Shown here piece after piece: positions 38,401-46,620 of a stretch of 64,000 nucleotides of DNA; positions within the stretch are counted from its first letter, which is position 1; each line of letters begins with the position of its first letter. The position numbers and the translations under genes were made by a program. The notes under the pieces were generated by a model. That model did no database searches. It was not told where the DNA came from and saw only the letters and a list, made by a program, of their open reading frames with translations. Origin of the DNA: a virus. Lineage: Duplodnaviria > Caudoviricetes. The stretch is from positions 1,276 through 65,275 of the IMG/VR virus record IMGVR_UViG_3300042898_000589; one strand, 5' to 3'.

Positions 38401-39165
38401 ATGACTCCAGTAAAGCATTACTTTATCCAAGTAGACGATGTAGACGTATTGCAGCGTCGCCTATCCAACGGAAAGATACTTTTCCTCCCGCGAAGAGATG
38501 GAGACAAGTACCGAAGCAACAGCTTCCACGGAGTACTAGCAGGAGTCCCTGAAGGTTCACGTCTACGCGTAGGTGAAACCGTGTACGTCAACTACCAAGC
38601 CATCGACACTGCAGAAAAGATTGACGGTAAGTACTACTACATCGTCCCCGAGAAACTTATTGTCGCTAAAGGAGAACTTGAAAAGACAGCATTCAACTCG
38701 CTGTTAGTCAAGCCTATACAAGCTGAGCGTCTTACTTCTTCTGTTCTAGAAATCATCCAATACGACCTACCAGCAGTAACTAAGTCCGAAGTAATCTCCA
38801 GCGACATCAAGGGATACAAAGCAGGAGACATCATCGTCCACGAGAAAGACATTGACTGGGAGTTTTTTGTCAACGAAGAGAAGTTCCTATACATCACAAT
38901 GCTCCACCGCATTATCTCTGTCAACGACAAGCTAGTAAACAACTACGTAGAAATCCAGCCGCTCCCCAGATATAAAGAACATCACGGTCTCAAAATCCCC
39001 TACACAGACCCCTGGGCAACAGGAGTATCACAACCCTACACCGACCACCAACTCTACATAGAGAGAAACAGAGTCCAACTAGAACGATACATCCACGAAG
39101 ACTACATCCACGCAGCTATACATCCCGCTCAATCCCCAGCCGCTCAAGAGCTCGTAGCAGATTAA
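38401..39165 (+). CDS. GroES-like (tandem) protein
   Basis: Two GroES-like units (GVLAGVP..LRVGETVYV..DGKYYYIVPE; LLVKPI..GYKAGDIIV..EFFVNEEKFL), as in related phages. Confidence 0.5.
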   Translation: MTPVKHYFIQVDDVDVLQRRLSNGKILFLPRRDGDKYRSNSFHGVLAGVPEGSRLRVGETVYVNYQAIDTAEKIDGKYYYIVPEKLIVAKGELEKTAFNSLLVKPIQAERLTSSVLEIIQYDLPAVTKSEVISSDIKGYKAGDIIVHEKDIDWEFFVNEEKFLYITMLHRIISVNDKLVNNYVEIQPLPRYKEHHGLKIPYTDPWATGVSQPYTDHQLYIERNRVQLERYIHEDYIHAAIHPAQSPAAQELVAD

Positions 39166-39421
39166 CATCCCGCTCACTACTCCCTATCTCTTTCCTAGGC
39201 CTCAACCAACACGCCCAAAAGACAGTGATAACACTTCTGTCTACCAACACAGCTATCCTCTCCATATCCTCAACACTAAAGTATTTATACGGTCTGTGCA
39301 ACGCCGTAAAGTACCACGTAGGCTCCTTACCCAACAGCTTACTTACCCTAGCCCTAGTATAGTTCTTATCGTAGTGTAGCCACTTATCAATAGTGCTCAC
39401 TGGTTCCTTGCTTTCTTCCAT
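39116..39421 (-). CDS. Hypothetical protein, possible HTH
   Basis: ATG at 39421 (MEESKEP), 5 nt after a promoter element. TRARVSKLLGKEPTWYF..FSVEDMERIAVL. Confidence 0.55.
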   Translation of the reverse strand: MEESKEPVSTIDKWLHYDKNYTRARVSKLLGKEPTWYFTALHRPYKYFSVEDMERIAVLVDRSVITVFWACWLRPRKEIGSSERDVNLLRALERLGIERDV

Positions 39422-39426
39422 AGAAA

Positions 39427-39434
39427 CAAAGATA
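39427..39434 (-). promoter_or_regulatory. -7 promoter element TATCTTTG
   Basis: Matches TAnnTTTG. Confidence 0.6.
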
Positions 39435-39739
39435 CGCCCGCATACCCTAACTATAGGAGAACAGAAATGTGCCCAACTAATAGAGGGACAGTATACCACA
39501 TACACAACAAGTACCCCAAAGGAAGTCAAAATCCACAACCGTGTACCCCCTCCACTAAAAGAATCACAATAGATTCTAACTTCTGTTGCACAATCCGCAA
39601 CCAATCACCACACACCATTACACATAATGCAATCTCCTCCCGAACGGAATTGCATTTCTTTCAATGCGAAGTGATTTCTGTTAACGAATCAGAACCACGC
39701 ACAGACAATTTCTAAAATTTTTAAGGTAGGTCTTTACAG

Positions 39740-39860
39740 CGTATAATCCCCCCCCTCCACCCCCCGTGCTGCCGTGAGGGGAAACGCAAAAGTGCAACGG
39801 GGTACCCCACGAAACGTACAGGAACGGCGCGCGCGGACGGACGGACGGCGTATACCTATA
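39740..39860. other. Candidate genome terminus/packaging site or origin
   Basis: Poly-C tracts, GGGGTACCCC palindrome, GGAC tandem repeat. Abrupt composition switch at the divergence between late and early modules. Confidence 0.35.
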
Positions 39861-40103
39861 AACTATTTCGGTAGGTACTAACTTTTTTTTGACTTCATTA
39901 CAGACGTTTTAAGCGCGTTTTGGTACGTCGGTGGTACTTTGGTATTACTTTTGGGAGAAAGTGGCGCAAACGGGCTGTATAGTACCTTAAAACCCCTCCT
40001 TCACCCCTTATACCCTCCCTTTCCTCGCGCACGCCCGCCGTTCAGATAGTGAAACGCCGTTGAAAATTTTAGGTATTGGTGTTGCGGGTTTAAGATATTA
40101 GTG

Positions 40104-40111
40104 TACCTTTG
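40104..40111 (+). promoter_or_regulatory. -7 promoter element TACCTTTG, first early promoter
   Basis: TAnnTTTG followed by an AT-rich leader to ATG 40150. Confidence 0.6.
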
Positions 40112-40149
40112 TTGCGTTATCCTTTGTTTAATCCCTAAAAAATGTAATA

Positions 40150-40608
40150 ATGGGAACAAAAAAGAACACCCCCGCCGCCGTAAAGGCAACCGCCGCCGCC
40201 GTCAACACCCCCGCGTTGACGGAAACAAAATTGGTATTTTTTCAGTGGGGACGGCGCGACGGCGTTGACGTTGAAACGTTCCGTTGGGAATTTGACGCCC
40301 AATTTGAGGGCGCGCCCGATATGGGGCGGTTGTCGCAATTCATCGGGCGCAAATTACAGGAATTGGCGCTAATTTACGAGCGGCAAAAATCCATAGGCGC
40401 GCCGTTCGGCGGGTTTAGTGCGTCCAAACCCCTAGAATTTAAAGTAGTGGGCACGGGCATTGCGTCGTTCGGGTCTATGCGTAACACGTTCGCCGCCTAT
40501 CTGAAAGGGAAAAAGGGGGGCAACGTAATGACGCGTGAGCAATTAGCGGCGTCCGTCCTTTCCTTGTTGGAATTGGTAGCCGTTGTCCGCGACGACGCGT
40601 CGTTGTAA
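40150..40608 (+). CDS. Hypothetical early protein (152 aa)
   Basis: Promoter and A-rich leader present. CG-rich codon usage unlike the rest of the genome. Confidence 0.7.
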   Translation: MGTKKNTPAAVKATAAAVNTPALTETKLVFFQWGRRDGVDVETFRWEFDAQFEGAPDMGRLSQFIGRKLQELALIYERQKSIGAPFGGFSASKPLEFKVVGTGIASFGSMRNTFAAYLKGKKGGNVMTREQLAASVLSLLELVAVVRDDASL

Positions 40609-40609
40609 A

Positions 40610-41430
40610 CCCCTATAATCGCCGCGCGCGGGGTACGTCCCCTTGCGTCCCCTCGTAAGGACGGCGCGCACAATAGCCCCCGACGGGGGCACGTTCTTAA
40701 ATTATTGCCCCGCCGTGCGCGGGGGGTATTGGTAGCGCCGCCGTACTACGGGGCAACGGACTACCAATACCAATAAAGGGGGGCGCGTTTAATCGCGCGC
40801 CCGTCCCCAACGCCGCCCGAATGTAAACGGGGGGCAAAGGGACGCCGCCCCCCGCACGTTGCGCCCGTTGGTCATTGCGGGCGCGTAAAAGGCGCGTTAT
40901 TTGATGTATAGGAAAGTAGCAAAAAAGGGAAAAGCCGCGCAAGGCGTCCCAATGCATAAGCCACAACGTAAGAAAGACGCCGCAAGGCGTGCCGTACTTA
41001 CGTATATGTTCTATTCCTTAACTTTTGTAAGACGCCGCAAGGCGCGCGACGTGTGAGAATTGTAGCACGTCGTAAATTGTAAATTTCTATATTTTATACT
41101 TATGCACGACGCACCACCTTTGGAAAGTGGGGAAAAGCGCGCCCAAAGACGTACGTTGTTGAAGAACAAAGAAAGGCAACGTCCCTACATTATTTTTAAT
41201 GTTTGCCCGTCCGTATTCAAGTAGTACGGCAATATCGCAAGGTATTGAGGGGTCGCGAAATCCGAAATAAATTTTGGTTTATTTACTGCAAGGTCTATTT
41301 ATATACCTTGATACTGCACGGCGGGCGCTTATTGTGTCCGTCGTGCTTTTATATGCCCTATCGGTTAACGACCTACACGTTCGCAACGTGAATAGGGCGC
41401 GGGGTACTTATGCCCTATTAACTTAAACCC
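40610..41430 (+). ncRNA. Candidate large structured non-coding RNA (~800 nt)
   Basis: Dense run of hairpins with G-U pairs and GCAA tetraloops in plus orientation; no credible ORF. Confidence 0.55.
40974..41044 (+). repeat. Direct repeat of hairpin AAGACGCCGCAAGGCG (40974-40989 and 41029-41044)
   Basis: 16-nt exact repeat; a variant AAAGCCGCGCAAGGCG lies at ~40931-40946. Confidence 0.85.
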
Positions 41431-41439
41431 TTTTTTATT

Positions 41440-41697
41440 ATGTCAGTTTCCGAATTGATTAACGCCTTTAATGTTAAGGCGGGCGTGTGTTTCGTGCCGT
41501 GCGGTTACAAACGACTAGATGAACAAATAGAGTTTATGCACCTACAAGGTGCGAATTCTAGTGTTGTGGGCGCATACATTTCGCTCAATAACTTGTTCAA
41601 TATGATTGACCAAATGTCTATGTATTGCGATATGTGGGACGCGGACGACGTTAACGAAGCCAAACAAAATGCTAATCATTTAATTCAATCTATCTAA
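41440..41697 (+). CDS. Hypothetical protein
   Basis: 85 aa with an AT-rich leader. Confidence 0.55.
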   Translation: MSVSELINAFNVKAGVCFVPCGYKRLDEQIEFMHLQGANSSVVGAYISLNNLFNMIDQMSMYCDMWDADDVNEAKQNANHLIQSI

Positions 41698-41700
41698 ACT

Positions 41701-41877
41701 ATGCGTATTGTTTTCAGTGTGGTCGCGGGCATCCTATCAATAGGTGCGGCGGCAAGTTTCTGTACTATTGCCCTACAAGCACGGGGTCTCAATGACCTAT
41801 TCTTCGCATTGCTTGCGGCGTTTGTTAGTTACTCTTTGTTCAACGTATGTAATAAGTTATCAAATGACTCTATTTAA
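41701..41877 (+). CDS. Small two-TM membrane protein (58 aa)
   Basis: MRIVFSVVAGILSIGAAASFCTIAL..DLFFALLAAFVSYSLF; not in ORF track. Confidence 0.55.
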   Translation: MRIVFSVVAGILSIGAAASFCTIALQARGLNDLFFALLAAFVSYSLFNVCNKLSNDSI

Positions 41878-42037
41878 GTCCTTCCTATATACCTACTTGG
41901 TGCTTGGGTTCGTGTCTTTGGATTTCAACCCAATGAACTATACTACTACGGGTCGTGTCGGGCTGTTGGTAGCGTGTTGTACTGTTTATGTACTCAGAAA
42001 GGTGTATCTAGAAATGGAAGCACAAGGTAAACTCTAA
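41864..42037 (+). CDS. Small membrane protein (57 aa)
   Basis: ATG 41864. SFLYTYLVLGFVSLDFNPMNY..GRVGLLVACC. Confidence 0.55.
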   Translation: MTLFKSFLYTYLVLGFVSLDFNPMNYTTTGRVGLLVACCTVYVLRKVYLEMEAQGKL

Positions 42038-42114
42038 TTCTATTATGTTATGAAGAAACAACACACGTTAAGTTATTGGACTAGCGTACAAGGACTGCAC
42101 AACGCAAAGGAAAG

Positions 42115-42417
42115 ATGAAATTTAAAGCAACATTAGATTATTGGAACCCACGAAACGAAACGGTTGTAACTGAATCGGGGTTCCGTTATCTTGATACCAC
42201 ATCGGTTATCACCAGAACGAAAGATATATCGGATGATACCGAGATAGGTTTGTTTGAGCAGTTCTATAAACTAAATAATAGTTTAAGGTATTGCAATGGT
42301 AGTCATTACACCTTTCAAGATAAGGGGTGGGAACAGAAGTACGAAGAATGGTTGAAGTCGGATGACTATAAACAAAAAAGTTTTAATCTTTACTACGGAA
42401 ACGGAGTGGTTGATTAA
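42115..42417 (+). CDS. Hypothetical protein
   Basis: 100 aa, more AT-rich than its neighbours. Confidence 0.65.
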   Translation: MKFKATLDYWNPRNETVVTESGFRYLDTTSVITRTKDISDDTEIGLFEQFYKLNNSLRYCNGSHYTFQDKGWEQKYEEWLKSDDYKQKSFNLYYGNGVVD

Positions 42418-42470
42418 ATAAGTAAAGGTGAAGCGGGCTACCTTCAAGTGTCCGTATGTATTAATCTTCT

Positions 42471-42662
42471 ATGTATATGAAGAACTTTGTTTTCAGTATG
42501 CCCGTCAATGTATGGGGGCGTACTAAGCGTCCAACCGAACCGAAGCAATACGTATCGGTTCAAGCACCCAATGAAAAGGAAGCGCGGCGACGTGTTGCCT
42601 TTAATATGGGACGGGGTAAATGTCCCGCAGGTATTCAATTGTTAAACCTAATCCACTTGTAG
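42471..42662 (+). CDS. Hypothetical small protein
   Basis: 63 aa. VSVQAPNEKEARRRV. Confidence 0.5.
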   Translation: MYMKNFVFSMPVNVWGRTKRPTEPKQYVSVQAPNEKEARRRVAFNMGRGKCPAGIQLLNLIHL

Positions 42663-42664
42663 AA

Positions 42665-44194
42665 ATGAAATTTCATCCTTCACAAATTGCCGTCGGTGAC
42701 CTTGTGTATCGTATCGGCTACCTTGAAAACGGACTATGGACTGTCCGTAGTATCCAAGAGTCCATAGGCGGCGACAACGACATAGTAGACGTACTCAACC
42801 ACAACGGACGACACGACTACGCCGCGTATCGCAGTCGCTTTATCCATAAGTCTATCGTTGACGCTATGGAGGTGGGGCGTGTATTGCTTGTACACAATCT
42901 TCGGTACGTTATTGAATCGGTTGACTTCTCGTCGGGGTATATCAATATCTCCAATGTTGAAGGCGGCGGGATAGTTCGTCTTGACTATGACCACGTAAGC
43001 GGCGGTATAGAACTACTTCAAGAAAGTATTGAGTTGGTTGAATGTCAAGCTAATCCAATGTTAGTTCGCACTATTCCAAAGAATAGGTGTACCAAGTACA
43101 AAGATAAGTGGGTACTGACTAGCGATATGCTTTGCACAGAGACAGAGCGTGACGAGGTTCCTTCTCACGCTTGGCGCTTTGACAGAGAGTATATTCAGTT
43201 ATATCATTGCAACATACTCTTACTTCGCGATGAGTTAGACGACTTAGAGTATACCGAGGCAACGGCGGGTCGTGCAGAAGGTCACGCTATTCCTGTTGAC
43301 GACTCAATCTATGTTGAGGACTCGGGCAATACGTACCACAGTGACGACCAAGGCAACTACTTCTATTGGTCTGACAGATTTGACCAATACGTAGAGGGCT
43401 GTGATAATGATAGCGATAGACACTCCTACCACGACGGTCCACGTCACGACTATTCCGACGGCGCTACTTATCGCTTCGGTGTAGAGGTAGAGAAAGAAGA
43501 CTACGACGTACTCAGTAGTTATACACTCAGTGAGTGCGACGATACGGGTTGGTCTCGTGAGGAGGACGGTTCACTTGACAGTGAGTCGGGCTATGAGTTC
43601 GTGTCCCCTATGTTTGACTTGTTCGGTGATAGGTTTGACGAGAGTCTTGCGGGACGTGTGGTTGCCGACCACGTTAACGGTGACTACTCTACTTCTTGTG
43701 GCGGGCATATGTCCTTCTCTATCAGGGGACACGACGGGCTAGAGACCTACAATCGTGTTAAGGGTTTCGTCCCCTTGATACTATCGCTGTACAGAGGTCG
43801 TCTAACTAACTCGTACTCAACAGCATACAAAGACCCCGTAGGTCGTGGTCGTGGTGCTATCAACGTAGCGAATGGCTACGTAGAGTTCCGTGTGTTCGCT
43901 GCCGTGCGCAACGTACAGAATCTCAAGAATCGCCGTGACTTACTACGAGTTATGGCTAACAATCTTGACCGCTCACCGCTATACTTTATCCGTATGGCTA
44001 TGGACGAGTCAAGTGAACTGCATCAAATCTTACGCCGCGCCTATGACCGTGACAAGTTATACGCCCGCATCGCATTGTGTGCGGGCATCGCTGAGGAGAT
44101 GACGGGTAAGAACTATATGCGGTTCGTTACCTGTGTAGACAAAGACCAACGCGCTACCGCTAAGCGTAGCGCACAATCATTAATCCAAGAATAA
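42665..44194 (+). CDS. Putative amidoligase (COOH-NH2 ligase type 2) 1
   Basis: RFGVEVEKED, EDGSL, GYEFVSP, SCGGHMSFS, YVEFRVF. Likely ATG 42665. Confidence 0.85.
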   Translation: MKFHPSQIAVGDLVYRIGYLENGLWTVRSIQESIGGDNDIVDVLNHNGRHDYAAYRSRFIHKSIVDAMEVGRVLLVHNLRYVIESVDFSSGYINISNVEGGGIVRLDYDHVSGGIELLQESIELVECQANPMLVRTIPKNRCTKYKDKWVLTSDMLCTETERDEVPSHAWRFDREYIQLYHCNILLLRDELDDLEYTEATAGRAEGHAIPVDDSIYVEDSGNTYHSDDQGNYFYWSDRFDQYVEGCDNDSDRHSYHDGPRHDYSDGATYRFGVEVEKEDYDVLSSYTLSECDDTGWSREEDGSLDSESGYEFVSPMFDLFGDRFDESLAGRVVADHVNGDYSTSCGGHMSFSIRGHDGLETYNRVKGFVPLILSLYRGRLTNSYSTAYKDPVGRGRGAINVANGYVEFRVFAAVRNVQNLKNRRDLLRVMANNLDRSPLYFIRMAMDESSELHQILRRAYDRDKLYARIALCAGIAEEMTGKNYMRFVTCVDKDQRATAKRSAQSLIQE

Positions 44195-44200
44195 TTTATT

Positions 44201-45037
44201 ATGTGTATCGCAATCCTTAACAAAGGCGGGCAAATCTCCCGCGAATCTTTACTCAACTGTTGGGAATCCAACGACGACGGCGCAGGTATCTTGTATGTCA
44301 ACAACGACAAGCTCGGTGTGTACAAGCAACCTAACAAGGGACGCAAGTCCTTTGAGCAGTTCTACTCTACGTATCAACGACTCTATAATTCTAGTGCGGG
44401 TATGCCTATGCTACTGCACTTCCGTATCGCTACGCACGGGTTCGGTGATAAGTTCCTTCACCCATTCCTTGTATCAGATACGCTAGGTCTAGTACACAAC
44501 GGCATCATCAGCGGGCTAGGTGACCACAACTACTCAGATACCGCTGAGTTCCGTGACATTATTGCGGGTGTTCCCGACGAGTGGAAGCAAGACGTATCGC
44601 TGTTCTCTATCCCACTTGTTGACCAAGTTACTGCCGACCTACTAGGTACGTACAACAAGGTCATCTTCCTAGATGCACAAGGCGACCACGTTATCTACAA
44701 CGAGGAGTCGGGTATATGGGACGAAGACAATTGGTATTCCAATAGTGCTTATCGTTCTCGTGTCCGCTACTATGGACACTACGCACAGCCACTGTCAACT
44801 GCCGCCACAAAGTATTATGGGTGGGACGAAGACGATTTGATTGACGGTGTTGATGACAAGCGCACACAAGATTACTACGACGAGATTACTGATGACCTCA
44901 CCGAAGAATTGTTTGACTGTGCTGAGTGTCTTGAGACTTGTCAAGTAGACGGAGATGCTCAGTGTGTGTCTTGCGGGTCATACAATCCCGCTGCTGTTGA
45001 CTATGTATTACGTAAAAACTATGCTGATTTATTATGA
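44201..45037 (+). CDS. Class II (Ntn) glutamine amidotransferase 1 with C-terminal Zn-ribbon-like CxxC pairs
   Basis: N-terminal MC, NDDGAG, HFRIATHG, HPF, VHNGII, SDT; CAEC..CVSC. Confidence 0.88.
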   Translation: MCIAILNKGGQISRESLLNCWESNDDGAGILYVNNDKLGVYKQPNKGRKSFEQFYSTYQRLYNSSAGMPMLLHFRIATHGFGDKFLHPFLVSDTLGLVHNGIISGLGDHNYSDTAEFRDIIAGVPDEWKQDVSLFSIPLVDQVTADLLGTYNKVIFLDAQGDHVIYNEESGIWDEDNWYSNSAYRSRVRYYGHYAQPLSTAATKYYGWDEDDLIDGVDDKRTQDYYDEITDDLTEELFDCAECLETCQVDGDAQCVSCGSYNPAAVDYVLRKNYADLL

Positions 45038-46608
45038 TAACTTACAATGTAATTGAACGCAAGTTCTACAACTCAGAGGGCGGAGTGTCCTCGGGTGCTA
45101 TGTCTATCTACCGAGATTGTCTAAGCGTCCTCAATCAAGGTAATCACATACCCTTTACTCTGTTTGCTACGCATCGTACTCACTCTATCAATGGTAGTAT
45201 GATAGACCTTGTACGTTCTCAACAGTATGTACTCAGTGAGGATAGTACGGGGCGAAGACTAAGCGGCAATCCCCAAGATAATCATATATCTGTTGCAGGT
45301 GATGGTTACACGTACGATACCGTTGACTTTCTATCCCCGTTTGTTTGTTTCGTCAACCGAGTTGACGACGACCTAACTATCAACTATGTTAACGGTCTCA
45401 GCATTGTTGTAATGCCAGGAGTCTGCCCATCTAGTGATGCTTCTCGTATAGTAACTACTCATTTGCTTGACAGCAATGGAGAAGTTGAGGAAGAGTTCAT
45501 TGCAACTGTTGATAACGTGGGTGCTATCAGGGTTATTAACTCAGCAATCTTTGAACACGGCACAGCATTTATGCAACACATAAGTGCACTACCTAGTCAA
45601 GACAGTGAGTCCTTGCCAAGCAATAGACATACGAACGAGCTCATCCATATGTCGTCAACACCTAGAGCCATAGATGATAGCCGTGGTCCTCGTCTATTCC
45701 GATACCATCACGGACCACGAGGCAACAAACTTATTGGTTCTGATAACTTCCGCATAGGGTTTGAGGTAGAGAAAGAAGATGAGGTATCGCGTAACAAGTA
45801 CGCTGCCCGTGTCGTTTCCAAAGAAACTATGTGGTCTAAGGAACGTGATGGTTCACTTTGTGAAAGAAGCGGGTTTGAGTTAGTGTCACCTGTCTATGGA
45901 CTGTATGAGTCAGTGCTTGACGATGACCTCAAGATGGACATCTTGCGGGAGCATATCAACGCTGACATATCATCTAGTTGCGGCGGTCACGTCCACCTAT
46001 CCAAGCGTGCCACGACTGGAGAGGAGTTGTTTGACTCTCTATCTTCTTGGATACCAATGATTTACTCACTGTATGTTGGTCGTATCCATCGTCACTACTG
46101 CCGAGTCAAGAAGAACGATGACATCATAAACGGAGAGGATAAGTACCAATCAATACGAATCTTTGATGACCGTGTTGAGTTCCGTATCATCTCTGCTGTA
46201 CGTGACGTTGACAATCTAGTATGGCGTCGTGACTTGTTTCGTATCATCTGCCGCAACCTAGACATCACTCCCTTCTCTGTTGTGTCTATGCTTAGTGACA
46301 AGAAGTCCGAACTCTATAAGCATCTTGCCGAGGTGTACTCAGAGTCTAGCATCCGTAAGAAACTTAAACTCTATGCTTTCTTTGCGGACGAACTGCTTGA
46401 CGTTGAGCATAAGGTAAGTATGGACGGTGTTCGTGCCGCTGATATGTTCTCTAGTGCACAGATTCAACACCTTAAGAACCATCAGTTCAACCTAGGTGAT
46501 GACGATGGTGCTAATGCTGCTACTATCTCAGCAGTTAGGATAAACAACTCCTTCATTGTATCAGACACAGTTCCAACCTTCCTACCATCAGATACTTTAC
46601 CCTATTAA
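45034..46608 (+). CDS. Putative amidoligase (COOH-NH2 ligase type 2) 2
   Basis: RIGFEVEKED, RDGSL, GFELVSP, SCGGHVHLS, KYQSI, RVEFRII. Confidence 0.88.
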   Translation: MITYNVIERKFYNSEGGVSSGAMSIYRDCLSVLNQGNHIPFTLFATHRTHSINGSMIDLVRSQQYVLSEDSTGRRLSGNPQDNHISVAGDGYTYDTVDFLSPFVCFVNRVDDDLTINYVNGLSIVVMPGVCPSSDASRIVTTHLLDSNGEVEEEFIATVDNVGAIRVINSAIFEHGTAFMQHISALPSQDSESLPSNRHTNELIHMSSTPRAIDDSRGPRLFRYHHGPRGNKLIGSDNFRIGFEVEKEDEVSRNKYAARVVSKETMWSKERDGSLCERSGFELVSPVYGLYESVLDDDLKMDILREHINADISSSCGGHVHLSKRATTGEELFDSLSSWIPMIYSLYVGRIHRHYCRVKKNDDIINGEDKYQSIRIFDDRVEFRIISAVRDVDNLVWRRDLFRIICRNLDITPFSVVSMLSDKKSELYKHLAEVYSESSIRKKLKLYAFFADELLDVEHKVSMDGVRAADMFSSAQIQHLKNHQFNLGDDDGANAATISAVRINNSFIVSDTVPTFLPSDTLPY

Positions 46609-46620
46609 TTGTAATAACCT

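Noticed and set aside
40931-41044. Repeated hairpins as a mini CRISPR array
   Set aside because: Only two exact 16-nt copies plus a variant with uneven spacing, too short and embedded in larger stems.
40697-41391. ORFs 40697..40966 (-) and 41203..41391 (+) as proteins
   Set aside because: Non-ATG starts, odd composition and no motifs. GC-rich inverted repeats explain the open frames.
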